Shown here in pieces: positions 11,740 to 25,271 of a DNA stretch of 64,000 nucleotides; the first letter of the stretch is position 1; each line of letters begins with the position of its first letter. The notes under the pieces were generated by a model. That model saw only the letters and a list, made by a program, of their open reading frames with translations, made no database searches and was not told where the DNA came from. The position numbers and the translations under genes are program-made. Source of the stretch: Chiloscyllium plagiosum (Eukaryota); contig NC_057719.1 of NCBI RefSeq assembly GCF_004010195.1, positions 3,955,902-4,019,901 of the forward strand. Direction: 5' to 3'.

Positions 11740-12750
11740 TTGATTTGATTTATTTTTGTCACATGTACTGAGATACATTGAAAAGTATTGTTTTGCATGC
11801 TAACCAGACGAATTATACCTTGCATAAGTACATCAGGGTAATAGAACAGAATGTAGAATGTAGTTTTACAGCTACCTAGAAGGTGCAGAGAAAGATCAAT
11901 TCTAATATATGAGGTGTCTGTTCATAAGCTTGATAACAGTACGGAAGAAGCTGTTTTTAAATCTATTGGTATATGTTTTCAAACTTCTCCAATGGAAGAT
12001 GGGGGTGGAAGAGAGTGTAACTAGGGTGGGAAGGGTCTTTGACTATGTTTGCTGCTTTCCCAAGGCAGTAGGAAGTTTAGACGGAGTCAGTAGAAGGAAG
12101 TCTGGTTTTCATTGTGGACTAAGCTGTGTTCACAACTCCCTGTAATTTCTTGTGGTCTTGGGCAGAGCAGTTGTCATGCGAAGCTGTGATGCATCTTGGT
12201 AGGGTGCTTTTTATGGTACATCTATAAAAATTGGTAAGAGTCATTATGGACATGCCGAATGTTCTTAGCCTTCTGAGGAAGTAGAGGTTTCATGTCCTTT
12301 TTTGACTAGCGTCGATGTGGATGGACCAGGATAAATGTTGGTGATAGGAACTTGAAGATTTTGACCACCTCCACCTCAGCCCTATTGATACAGACAGGGG
12401 CATGTCCTCCACTTTGTTTTTTGAAGTCAATGACCAGCTCCTTTGTTTTGCTGACATTGAGGGAGAGATATTTGGTCTTTATACCATGCCACTAAGTTGT
12501 TTATCGCATTCCTGTACTCTTTCGAGTCATTCTTTGAGGTCTGATCCACTATAGTGGTTTCATAAAATTTGTAAGTGGCGTTAGAGCTGAATTTGGCCAC
12601 ACATTCATGACTATATAAGGATTATGATAAGGAACTGAGTACACAGCCTTGTAAGGCACCAGTGTTGAGGATTATCATGGAGGAGGTGTGTCACCTATCT
12701 TTACTGATTGCAGTTTATGGATCAGGAAATCAAGGATCTATTGCAGATGT
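11740..12750 (-). mobile_element. Rex1/Babar-like LINE 3' fragment
   Basis: Minus strand translates LYFLRRLRTFGMSIMTLTNFYRCTIKSTL...NCSAQDHKKLQGVVN, the Rex1/Babar RT C-terminal pattern. Confidence 0.7.
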
Positions 12751-14192
12751 TTAATGTAACTATTTCTTTGAATTCCCAGTCTTGAGAGTTTGATAGCTTT
12801 TTTCTTGATTAGTTATACAACTGAATTTAGACTTTCTCAGCTTTAAATTACATGCTTCATGGTTCTAACCACATACTTCAGATCTGGAGTATTCAACTAA
12901 AACCCTTTCATGAAGGTAACTTATTTCCTAACTTCTCTGAATCAACTCCTCTGCAACTATTGTTTGCATCTAACTTCAGGCAGGATTTCTGTGAATTGAA
13001 ACAAAAAGCTTTCCAGGTTATGGAGTGGTTTTCCCCCAAGAAGAAAATTCCTGGCCATTCTAAACAGAAGGCAAGCTAATGCTTCTCAAGGTTTCCTCTC
13101 TCCACTAGTAAAGCTCTCCCATTGCAAACACATTCACATTATCACCTCTCTTACACTGGTTTTCAAAAATTATGGTTCCAGAAATACTGACTCGTTAATT
13201 ATTAAACCCCTTCACGCAGGCCGACCAAATCCACATGCCACTAGTTCAAAATCTATACGCAAAGGATATTAAAATATGAAAATCACACACCTTGCATCTT
13301 GGAAAGAACAAGGAGTTTCACAATGGAGGTTGAACAGTCTGCCTAATGTTGTGCCTGTTTAACGCAGTGTCAGATTTTCTGCCTATTGACTGGTAATGAA
13401 CAGACCCTGGGAAGATTTGGTAGCTTCATGTGGGCTTGGAGATTAGACACTGAGCAGCACTTTTCTGAAGCCACTTGAACCCTTCAGAAGGAATGGTGCT
13501 GTTGTCAGTGCTGTCATTATTAGATGGGTCCCATTTGCCTGGTGAAATGTCATGATCAGATGTTACTGCTAAAAGCTTTTCAGCAAATGTTCAACATTTG
13601 CCCTGAGGAGAGTTCAGGGCATTAGAAAAAGAAACGTTTGTCACCAGTTTAGAGATTGTTTATCATGAACCAGGCAATCATTCTAAGACTTTACTACATG
13701 CTATAAAATGGCATAAACTTGGGGGAGGTGGGGAGTGAGGCACGGAGACAAACGAGAGAGACCTTTTTCACAAAGAAATGATTCATATCTGGAATGTGCT
13801 GCCCGGAAGTATAATGGAGACTAGTTCTATTGAGGTATTTCTAAGTGCATTTTATGATTAATTGAGTAGAAACAATGAGTAATGATTAAAGGCAGAACTG
13901 ACACAAAGACATAATGCTGATTGATAATGAGAACATGATAGCCTCCTTCCACATAGTAACAATTCTGTAATTCAATTCTTATGTACCAATGTGTATGTCT
14001 CAAGTGAGAGAAACCTATGGCAACTGCATACTTTCTGGTTCAAAGCATCCATGGTTAGGAGATCTAAGAATCTAATACTGCTACACTGGCCTGTTGTCAA
14101 GATATGGTGAGGATAGATTGGCAGAGATGGTGTTGTGCTACATGTATGATGTTTATTAAATTGCCAATACCATGAACTTTATCATTATACAG

Positions 14193-14386
14193 GTATGGCG
14201 TAGCCATTCAAGACTTTAGTACCAGTTGGCGGAGTGGCATTGCATTCCTAGCGCTCATCAAAGCAATCGACCCAAGCTTAGTGGATATGAGAAAAGCTAT
14301 GGAGAGACCAAACAAGGTCAATCTTGAAGATGCGTTCAAACTAGCACACATCAATCTGGACATCCCACCACTATTAGAGCCTGAAG
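14193..14386 (+). CDS. CLMN: Calmin coding exon (CH2, YGVAIQDFSTSWRSGIAFLALIKAIDPSLVD...LDIPPLLEPE)
   Basis: atacAG acceptor, G|gtatgg donor; 194 nt, phase 2-1; CH2 motifs DF..SWRSG.AF and IP.LLEPE. Confidence 0.94.
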
Positions 14387-14408
14387 GTATGGCAGAATTC
14401 TTTCTACA

Positions 14409-15997
14409 TTGAATGAGATAGCTTTGGCAAATAGAATTAAGGAGAATCCAAAGAGTTTTTACAAATACAGTAAGGAAAAAAGGGTAACTAGAGAGAGAAT
14501 AGGGCCCCGCAAAGGCAGCCTTTGTGTGGAGCTGCAGAAAATGGGGGAGATACTAAATGAGTATTTTGCATCAGTATTTACTGTGGAAAAGAATATGAAT
14601 GATATAGACTGTAGGGAAATGGATGGTGACATCTTGCAAAATGTCCATGTTATAGAGGAGGAAGTACTGGATGTCTTGAAACAGGTAAAGGTGGATAAAT
14701 CCCCAGGATCTGATCAGGTGTACCCTAGAACTCTGTGGGAAACTAGAGAAGTGATTGCTCGACCTCTTGCTGAGATATTTGTATCATTGATAGTCACAGG
14801 TGAGGTGCTGGAAGACTGGAGGTTGGGTAACATGGTGCCACTGTTTAAGAAGGGTAGTAAGGACAAACCAGGGAACTATAGACCAGTGAGCCTGACTTCG
14901 GTGGTGGGCAAGTTGTTGGAAGGAATCCTGAGGGACAGGATGTACATGTATTTGGAAAGGCAAGGACTGATTAGGGATAGTCAACATGGCTTTGTGCGTG
15001 GGAAATCATGTCTCACAAACTTGATTGAGTTTTTTGAAGAAGTAACAAAGAGGATTGATGAGGGCAGAGTGGTAGATGTGATCTATATGGACTTTAGTAA
15101 GTCGTTCGACAAGGTTCCCCACGACTGATTAGCAAGGTTAGATCTCATGGAATAAAGGGAGAACTAGCCATTTGAATACAGAACTGGCTCAAAGGTAGAA
15201 GACAGAGGGTGGTGGTAAAGAGTTGTTTTTCAGACTGGAGGCCTGTGACCAGTGGAGTGCCACAAGGATCGGTGCTGGGCCCTCTACCTGAACAAAGAGA
15301 CCTTGGAGTGCAGATTCATAGCTCCTTGAAAGTGGAGTCGCAGGTAGATAGGACAGTGAAGAAGGCATTTGGTATGCTTTCTTTTATTGGTCAGAGTATT
15401 GAGTACAGGAGTTGGGAGGTCATGTTGCAGTTGTACAGGACATTGGTTAGGCCACTGTTGGAATATTGCGTGCAATTCTGGTTTCCTTCCTATCGGAAAG
15501 ATGTTGTGAAACTTGAACGGGTTCAGAAAAGATTTACAAGATGTTGCCAGGGTTGGAGGATTTGAGCTGTAGGGAGAGGTTGAACGGGCTGGGGCTGTTT
15601 TCCCTGGAGTGTCGGAGGCTGAGGGGTGACCTTATAGAGGTTTACAAAATTATGAGGGGCATGGATAGGGTAAATAGGCAAAGTCTTTTCCCTGAGGTCA
15701 GGGAATCGAGAACTAGAGGGCATAGGTTTAGAGTGAGAGGGAAAAGATATAAAAGAGACCCAAGGGGCAACTTTTTCACACAGATGGCAGTGCGTGTATG
15801 GAATGAGCTGCCAGAGGAAGTGGTGGAGGCTGGTACAATTGCAACATTTAAAAGGCATTTGGATGGGTATATGAATAGGAAGGGTTTGGAGGGATATGGG
15901 CTGCGTGCTGGCAGGTGGGACTAGATTGGGTTGGGATATCTGGTCGACATGGACGTGTTGGATTGAAGGGTCTGTTTCCATCTCTATGACTCTATGA
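14409..15997 (+). mobile_element. CR1 LINE ORF2 (RT) 5'-truncated copy with an internal deletion
   Basis: ORFs 14409-15128, 15209-15565 and 15541-15924: [44 protein letters not shown]; ctctatgactctatga tail. Confidence 0.93.
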
Positions 15998-17017
15998 ATT
16001 ATGCATTCTCCATACTGGTCCAAGAAGCACCTGCAGATTAGGTCAAATGGCAAATAATGCTCCTTCTACATTGTACCACTGATGGTCCTTTTATCCCAAT
16101 TTCAGATCAGAATCTCTTGATGAACTAAGTGACATTTCTAATTCTACCTTGTTCTGATGATCACTAAAGATGTGGTCAGGCATTCTATTGTGCCCTATTT
16201 AGATTCTATGATTTTTCTTTTACTGTTATACACTAAAACTGATTTGCACTTATTCAGTTTCAGAATGTGAGTTAAAGTGGGAATACATTGTAAATTAATG
16301 TAAACCAATAGCCCTGATTATCTTCGATATAACAGGAGAAAAATCAATGCACAGCAGTCCATTCACAGAAAAACAGGTGGCCAGCAGTTGAAAGTTGTAG
16401 GTGGGTACTTTAGCTGCCTTGTGATGCAAAAGATTTGCTATTTACCATCATAAAGCAGAATTTTCAATGTGTGAGAAGTCTGCCTGCCTGAAATAGGTTT
16501 GTTATTAGATTCGGGTTCTTTGCTAGTGTGTGACCCCATACTCAAAATTCAGGTATAAATAGGTAAGCTTGGACTTATATCAGTAGGACTTATGCCATTT
16601 CACAAGCGATTTCTAGAGGAACCACCAGAGGCTTTTCAAATGAAAGATGACCACAAAATGTTTCCAGAATTATTTTTGTGGAACTTGAAGGAGTTTGTGA
16701 GATTCTCCAGAGTCTACAAAAGCACAAGTAAGTGGTTGTACTGGTTCTGGTTCATGCCTCTCCTAGAGGACAGTCTAATAATGTGGCCAAATGTTGCAGA
16801 CAGGCCACAATCCTGGGACATCAATTAGGCTCTTGTCACTTCCATTCACATGACTGCCATGTACAACCATCATCATAACTGACTTTCTGTCCAAATCTTT
16901 TACACCAGTTCATTTCCCTGAATCAGAGACACCATAATCCATGTGTTCCTGCTCGCCCTCTGAACATCATCAGAGCAGAACACAAATAATGCAGTGAAAA
17001 TTCTCCTTTATCTGCAG

Positions 17018-17100
17018 ATGTTGATGTTGAACATCCAGAAGAACAGTCCATCACCACTTATGTATCACAGTTTTTGGAGCATTTCCCTGACATCGATGAG
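17018..17100 (+). CDS. CLMN: Calmin coding exon (end of CH2, DVDVEHPEEQSITTYVSQFLEHFPDIDE)
   Basis: tctgcAG acceptor, GAG|gtatga donor; 83 nt, phase 1-0; P.EQSI.TYV.QF motif. Confidence 0.92.
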
Positions 17101-18891
17101 GTATGAGATTTGTCTGTTACTATCTGTCCAACACTATGCTATGTTTAAGCTGCTGTTCATCTGCCAGTCACTGTTAATTGAATGACTTTGGTCAACATTC
17201 ATTGTGCATATATAATAAAAATCAAAAAGAATATTTTACTATGTTGTTGTGGTTCTCCACGTTGTTTTGCTTTTGGTGGCATGTTAGAATGTAAAACAGT
17301 AGAGAACAGGAACAGGTTCTTCAGCCTGCCATGTCTACACCAAACATGATGCCATTCTGAACTAATCCCATCTGCCTGCATGGTCCACATATCCCTCTTC
17401 CCTACCTGTGTATGTGTCTATCTAAATGGCTGTTAAACTTTGCTGTCATATCTACTTGTACCACCTCCCCAGCAGTGTGTTCCAGGCATCTACCCTTCTC
17501 TGTGTAAAAGAAAATCTTGCTTATGGAGAAGATGTTTTCACTAGTAAAAGAGACCAGGACCCAAGGCGCAGCCTCAGTGAAGGGAGGACCCCTTAGAATT
17601 GAGTGAGGAGAAATTTCTTCAGCTGAAGATGGTGAATCTATGGAACGCATTGCTGCAGAGGCCTCTGGAGACCAAGTCATTGACTGTCTTTTAAGATAGC
17701 AATAGATACGTTCTTGATTAGTAAGGGGTTTAAGGGTTATGTGGTGAAGGCAGGAGCATGGGGTTGAGAAACATATCAACCATGACCTAAAACTGGAGCA
17801 GACTCAAGAGCTGAATTGCCTTATTATGCTCCTCTATTTTATGATAGACTTCTTCCTCTAAGCGCCACTGAGTACAGACTTCTTCAATTACTTGTCTTCT
17901 TCACAACCAAGGTTTGTCCAAATATGCATTGTTAGCTGTGAAGCCTCTCCATATTAATCAGCTCATGAGAAGTCTCAGTTACGTGCAGGGTAACTTGTTG
18001 CTGTTAAAACCTTAGTTTTCGGGTGAAGCCTGATTTGGATCAACAAGTCTGCCTGAGTGACACAGCAACACTGGCTAATGTCAGCAAACTTGATTGGGGT
18101 GGGCAGTGAGGCTGAACTCAAAAGGTTATAATTTGTGCCCTTTATAATTTGTGTCCTTGTCCCATTCAAGCTTTTGGTGAAAAGCTATCAGTTATGTAAG
18201 TTCTCCCAGCTGATTTTGAAAGGTCAGGGATGTGTTGGTGTGAGAATCTATAAGTGTCCTATCTCATTTATGTTTTAAGTGAGCAGAAACTAAGTGAAGC
18301 TCCTGGTTTGCCTTTTAAATATGGCATCCAAATTTTTGAGCCCAGAAAGTCCCTGCATATTTAGGAGCTTCCTGTCTATAAAATTTGGCATTTTACTTGC
18401 TTATGCATCTGTAATTAGTTGAGAAGAATATAATCTCGAGAAAATCCTGCCGCTCTGAGCAAGCCCCATTCGCCATTACACCTGTTGTCACACTTATGTC
18501 TAAAGAAAAGAAAATTCTGCCAAATAAATAATTTATGTAAAAATACTAATCGGATCACCATTTAGGCTCAATAAATTAAAGAGTAAAATACATAGTTTCT
18601 TCTTTCCAGTACTTGGCCAGACGCAAGGGTGGTGGTGAAACCAGTCACTGAGAGGTCTGTGAGAGCAGATGTACAGCAATTGCCAAATGAATCCTTTTTT
18701 CCTTTGCCTGCCAATGGAAAGAAAAGTTGGTTTCTACCAAGTGATACCTCACAAGTGATGAAAATTAAGATTTAGTCATGCCATGATATATATTATTTAT
18801 ATATTATATCGAAAACCCAATACTAGCTCCTCATCCACATTATTTAAGTTTTGTTACTATATCTAATCATTACATTTTTTATTACTGACAG

Positions 18892-20274
18892 AATGATACT
18901 GCAGAAAATGCCTATGAATCTCCATTTGAGGATTCTTGTATCAGCTTTGCAACCATGTCTTCTGATCTTAGTGCACAAGATTCCAATGTTGGAAATAAAC
19001 ATTGTGATTCAGATATTGTCTCGCCTCCGCTACAGGACTGTACAGATTTTATCCCCTCCTACCTGAAAGATGATAAATTATCTGCACAAAATGTCGTGAT
19101 GAATGACAATCAGCCATTACATGAAGAAAACGATAATTCTTTTGTTATTCAGGACAGTAGTTCTAATGAAACGGAAATGGTTACCACTAACATGGTTGAG
19201 GTTTCCAATATTGCAAAATCAAGTATGTCCTCACATCAAGATAGTCAGTTATCATCATCTGATCTGCACAATGTACTCTTACAACCCACATCTGATACCA
19301 ATGTCACTGACACGGTAGAGGAGATTTATGTCCTGCTACATCCATTGAAAAGAAAGTCTTCAAATGGTGAGAAAACACTGTTGGAAAAGAAGCCTTCCTC
19401 TCCGGAACCTTATGATTATCATTCACCAGTTGCAGCGAATGATGTATTGAAAGCTAGGTCTAGAATTGAAACACCTGAACCTTTTGCTGAAGATCAATGT
19501 GACACATCCTTGGAAATCGTCTCAGAAACCACATACTCCTCTAATAAATTAAATGAAGCTCTCAAAAGTCCACAAGATCAGTGTGTTTCTTTATACCATA
19601 TGGATACGCAATCTAATGCTAGTATGCCTGCTCGGATACGTAAAGTTTCAGAATCATGTACACAGACTGATGAAAAACCATCTTCTGAACAGAATGAGCT
19701 ATTGCCTTCAGTAATAGATAATGCACTTATGGGTGAAGAAAAAGTGTCTGTAATTCCACTTAACCTTGTTTACTATCCTCATTATGAGGTACCAGTGTCT
19801 AAGGTACTTGAAGCTTTTTCAGTTACCGGTAGTCCTCAAAAGGAACTTGTCCCAGAGTTTCAGAAAGACTTGTCACCACTGGCTGATGAAGCTTACCAGT
19901 CTTGCTCTGAGCTCAGTGGTTCTTTTTCATTGCAGGAACTTAGTCCAACATTCTCTGAAAAAACTTTGTGCACCCCTGACTCTGATCAGATTGACAGCTC
20001 GAGCATCTCTAATCATGCTGAACCTGGTAAGATTGCTCAGTCATTTTCTTCTTACCAAGGAACTGACTTGTCTCAGTTTCTGCCAGTAGCAATCCATAAT
20101 GCTGCCAACGAAAGCATTGTGAATCCTCTTAATAAGTTGCCAGATCAGCCTAACTTGGAGGCTATTAATGAACGATTTTTGGAAGAAAAACCTTCAGTGA
20201 CAAAGTCTGGAGATCTTCAGATACCCAAAAGCGAACATGAAAAGGATCAAGATGAAAACAGTCCAGGTCCAGAG
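18892..20274 (+). CDS. CLMN: Calmin large central exon (461 codons, Ser/Glu/Asp-rich)
   Basis: ctgacAG acceptor in frame with ORF 18955-20325; GAG|gtaaca donor; contains the calmin-like block KVSVIPLNLVYYPHYEVPVSKVLEAF. Confidence 0.88.
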
Positions 20275-22184
20275 GTAACAAACATTCACTACATTTGGCA
20301 CCTTGAATTGAGAGGTTCACTATGATGGTTTGTAAAGCCTTCCTACTCTCATGCAGATTACTTTCAAGGTCATATTTGCTTACAATTCAAACTTTTAACC
20401 TGCTATTGTTGGTTGCTATCCATGATTGAACTTAGAGTTTCAGAATATATTCGTTCAAATTCCATAATAGCAGTCTGAGAATTTGAATTCTGTTTTGCCA
20501 TAAATCTAGAGATAAAAATGGTAAGTTTCCAATCTCTTCAAGCTGTCTGACCATTGTGAAAACCAACTTGTTCACTTAAAGTAATATTTGAGATTGGAAA
20601 CTTACCACCCTGCTGAGTTTGGTCTACTTGCAACTCCAGGCCAAAATCATTGGGGTTGACTTGAAATTGTCCTCTGCGATGGCATAGGAAATCACTCAGT
20701 AATAACAAGATTGTCTTCCTCGTCTTTTGTATAACTGAGTAGGCCTTGAGGCCAATTAAAAGGACAGTTAAAAGTCAGACCTGCATAGTGGTACATTTTG
20801 TTGCAAAATGTACCACCTTACCTGCACAGCTAATGTGAAAGAGCAATGTCGAAGAGCAGTGAGCACTGGTATTGTTACTTATTTCTACGAATTCATCTAA
20901 CCTTCCCTGAATCCTTAAACATAAACTGGAGAATAATGGGGAGATATTCTAAATAGACTCGTGAAGAGAATGGTTACTTGGAAGAATTATTGGAGGACTG
21001 CTAGGCCATTGGTCAGCAAAATCCAGTAGTCTTTTACTCAACATTGGAGAGATTTTAGCAAGAAAAACTGTGATTTATTTTTAAATTGACAACTAATCAG
21101 AACAAGCTGCTTTGAAATGTGCCAAATTATTTCATTTTTAGTTTAATTCAGAATTTCAGAATAATATAGAATCATAGAATTTTACAATACAAGAGGAAGC
21201 CATTCGGCCCTTTGTGTCTTTACTGGCTCCTGAAAGAGCTAACTACGTAGTACCATTCTCCAGCCTTTTCTCCCTAGTTGTCAAAATTCATCACCTTCAA
21301 ATATATACTGTTTTGAAACTTGTTATGGACTCCACCTCCACCATTCTCCTGGGCAGTGTACTACAAATCCTAATCAATCTGAGTAAAGAAATTTCTCTTC
21401 ACCTAACTTGTAGCTCTCTTGCTGACAATCTTGAAATTGTAACACCTAAGTATCGAAATATCAATTAATGGAAATAGAATATCCTTCTGTACCCTTCAAA
21501 GTGGTTCATAATTTAGAACACCTCTATAAGGTCACCCCTTAATCTTTTCTGCTCTAAGGAGAATAAGGCCAATTTCCCTAACCTTTTCTTGTATCTAAAA
21601 TCTCTCATTCTGGTATCATTGTAGTAAATCTCTTTTGTACTCTGTCCAGGGCTTTAACATCCTTCCTTAAATAAGGGGCCCAGAACTGAACATAATATTC
21701 CACATTTGGTCTGACCAATGAATTGTAGGGGTATAGCATCATGTGCTTGCTCTTACACTTAAAAACTGAAGGATCCTATAAGCCGCCTTAAGAACAGTTG
21801 CAACTTGCCTAGCCACTTTCAGAGATTTATGCCCGTGAACCCCAAGGTCACTCTGCTTCTGTATTACCCTCAAACTTGTACCAGTTGAGCCTGTATTGTT
21901 TCTCAATGTTTCTTCAGTCCAAATTTGTATTACCTCACATTTCTCTGTTTTACGATTCATCTGCTAAGTGTCTGCTCATTTGGCCAACTTGTCAACCTCA
22001 ACATTGTCAACATGATGTTGTACAGAAGCTATACAGAAAAAGACATAGTTGAAAACTAGAAGCAAATTTTGATTTGGAAATGGAGAGCAGTTTAAATAAA
22101 AATCAGCAATGCACATGTTTTTGGAAGGTTTTTGATTGTGTTGCCTAGAGCTATCATAACGAGACTGATTTTCTACCTTTCCAG

Positions 22185-22336
22185 GCATTAAACAACCAAC
22201 TTTTGCACTCGCTGCAAAGTCAAATGGGTCTGAAAGAGACAGGAAAAGATGTGGAGATTTATGGTAGTGGTCCAGAACAGCCAGCTGATACGAAAGATGG
22301 GCAGCACAACATCCTGCAAAGTTCTGTGATTTCATG
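22185..22336 (+). CDS. CLMN: Calmin coding exon (ALNNQLLHSLQSQMG...NILQSSVIS)
   Basis: ctttccAG acceptor, open frame, weak TG|gttggt donor; phase 0-2 fits the next exon. Confidence 0.65.
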
Positions 22337-22560
22337 GTTGGTTTCTATTTCCATCTGACTTTTTCTCTGCCCTTCTCCTCTTCTCATTCTGCAATTAACC
22401 TTTTCATAGACTTTTGCTTCTAATGCACAACCAGGAACCAGAACAACAACCTGTATTTAATATAGAATATTTAATGAAGTAAAATGTCTCAAGAAACCTC
22501 CTAAGCTTCATGGAAGCTATATAAGACATAAATTGACAATTAGGACAAAAAAAAGGAGCA

Positions 22561-22673
22561 CAGCGGGTCAGGCAGCATCTGAAGAGCTCCTGGGATGCTG
22601 CCTGACCTGCTGTGCTTTTCCAGCATCACACTCTCGACTTTGATATCCAGCATCTGCAGTCCTCACTGACTCC
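22561..22673. mobile_element. Palindromic mini Penelope-repeat insertion with TSD
   Basis: Inverted arms gcacagcgggtcaggcagcatc / gatgctgcctgacctgctgtgc; flanked by acaaaaaa(aa)ggagca direct repeats. Confidence 0.7.
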
Positions 22674-22833
22674 ACAAAAAAGGAGCAATTGGGCTAAGTG
22701 ACCAAAACATCATCATTATTTTTTTTCCAAATAAAATTACAAGCCATAAAGGAGATTTTTCTTTATTAAATAACTAGTTTTAACTCTTTTCAAACTGATC
22801 TTTTTATCCGTTATTTGATTTGTATTTTTCCAG

Positions 22834-22936
22834 CTCACCCACTTTAGTAAGTGCTGAAAACTCGCAAGAGAAAAGCAGTTATGATGTTTTCACCAGCCAT
22901 AAAGATCACAACCATGAATTCTGCCTGAAAGCAATG
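22834..22936 (+). CDS. CLMN: Calmin coding exon (C-SPTLVSAENSQEKSSYDVFTSHKDHNHEFCLKAM)
   Basis: Long pyrimidine tract and ttccAG acceptor, ATG|gtgagt donor; phase 2-0 restores the frame. Confidence 0.72.
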
Positions 22937-24829
22937 GTGAGTGAAACAGACTGGGAGCTACAATGTAGTTAGGTTAAGTACTCGTTATAACTGTTCAATA
23001 GTGTCTCTAGCAGGCAGATCCCATTTAAGTAAGGGAAGTAGATTTTTTATTTCTCAATGCTCTTAATGGGGAGGACTTCAAAAATTCTGAGTTTGGGAGA
23101 TTTTGTTATATTAGCTAATAGGACTAACTCGTTCGTACTGGGTAACTCTGCTTTAGATTATGTATTCAAGTTGTTGGAGTGGGACACAAGTTCACAATCT
23201 TTTGTCTTGGAAGTTAGTGTTATCACTGAAATGTGGCTAATATCGATTCTAATGGGACCAAACTATACGAAGAAAATCACTCCCAGATGGTCAAGTTGTG
23301 CAATTCAACTGGCCATTCCAACAAGAAGGATTCTAGCTCTTTCCTTGCTACTGGACACTAATCTCTTTCCTTGCCAATTAATCACAGTGGCCAGTTATTC
23401 CTTACATGCTAATTCTGTTCTGCTTCATTATCCTATTTTATAATATCCCTCTTCTAATTTACTAGATTTCCATTCTTATAATGGCTGGTTGTGCTTCAAT
23501 CCTGTTTCCACTGATTTTGAATTCTCCATCCTAAGTACTTTCATCCTCTTCCCCACTCTTTGCTTGTTCACTCTCCCCTACCTTCCTACACACTCTGATT
23601 TTGTCACTGCATCGCCTATTTCCTATGTGACCTGAAATATTCAAATTTGTCTTGACAACCTATGATCAACTGCTTAGGAGATCAACCACTAGAAGAAAGA
23701 AATACTAAAAAGAAATATACAGTGCAAGTTTGTAGAATCTAACAGGGTAAAAACTCCACTTTTCTATATATTTTACTCTCTTTTAACCCTTCTGATACTG
23801 TTTCACAAAGTTGACTTGTATTCATCAGCTCAGGCTTTTCACCATTTTCCGAGATTTGTCAGGCATTTATTGCTGAAGGAAGAGAGTATAACACTAAAGA
23901 AATGTTGCTGCAACTATACAGGGCATTAGTGAGATGGCTTCTAGAGTATTGCATGCAGTTTAGTCCCCTTACTTGAGGACCTTTTTCGGCATTTTGTTAT
24001 AGACTTACAAATAGTGGGGAGGAAGTAGAAAAGAGCATTATAGGCAGAATATGGAAATCGACAGGTCATGTAGAGTTGCAATAGTTGCTGATTTCATTAA
24101 CTCTAGGGTAGACTGGGAAAAAGGTAGAGTGTGGGCACAAAAGGAGAAATTTCTGCAATGTGAGAGTTCAAAAGAGAATTATTAGAATAATATCAGGAGT
24201 GAAGGATTTTCGAAGAAAAGATTAGAGAGATTGGGCTTATTCTCCTCAAAACAATGAAGATTAAGAGGTGACTTTATTGAAGTGTTCAAAATTATGAACA
24301 ATTTTGACAGGGTAAAAAAAAAATCTATTTTCACCAGTTAGCAGGTCAGTAACTAGGGGTCACAATTTCAAAGCTGTCAAAAAGAAAGCTAGTAGTGAGA
24401 TGAAGAGAAACTTCTTTATTTAGAGTTATTAGGATTTAGAATACACTGCCTGGGAGAGTAGGGGAGGTGGATTCCATTGAAGGTTTTAAAAGAGAGCTGG
24501 ATATATATTTGAAAGTGACTAAGTTAGAGAGCTACAGAATGGGGTTGGCAAGTGGGACCAGTTGTGTAGCCCTTTCAGCACAAGATCAGTACAGATATGA
24601 TGGCTTGAATGGCTTCCTCTGTAGTGTAAAATTCAATGAATCTAATATATCGTGGGTCTGAAAGGACACTAAAATTGACTTTTATACCTTTGCAAGGGAA
24701 AGGCATTTCACTTTTATGTTTGGAAACAAAAAAAAATGATTCTCCTCGTGATTATAAGATGTCCAGATGGTCCCCACTTTTGCCTCTGATAATTCCAGGT
24801 CCTATTGGAGGTTTGGGAAATACACAAAC

Positions 24830-25075
24830 CAGTCTCCCCATGTCTGAGTGGGTTTCCTCCAGGTGCTCCGGTTTTCTCCCACAATCCAAAGAAGTGCAGA
24901 TTAACTGAATTTGCCATGTTAAATTGCATACAGTGTTCAGGGATGTGTGGGTTAGGTGCATTAGTCAGGGGTAAATGTAGACTAATAGGGAAGGGGAATG
25001 GGTCTGGGTGCTCTTTGGAGGTTCGGTGTGGACTTGTTGGGCCAAATGGTGTGTTTCCACACTGCAGGAGTTCAA
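24830..25075 (+). mobile_element. HE1-like V-SINE, 5'-truncated
   Basis: V-domain gtgggtttcctccaggtgctccggttttctcccacaatccaaaga. Confidence 0.8.
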
Positions 25076-25271
25076 TGATTGAATACATAGGGAGTGCCCA
25101 ATTAAAGCCTGTCCCCCCACTGTTTTTGGCAATGCTGGAGAAATTCTCTGCCAATAGAAGGCCATCTGAAAAGCTCAACAAAAGGACCTACATGCTGGAA
25201 ATAAGTTTGGTAGGACTCAGAACATTTGAGTCTCCAAGTAACAGCAGTACTGTATCTTGTTTCTTCCTCAG

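Noticed and set aside
619..17100. Assignment to a nesprin (SYNE1/2), dystrophin or actinin
   Set aside because: No spectrin repeats follow the CH pair and the tail is not a KASH peptide; the motifs fit calmin
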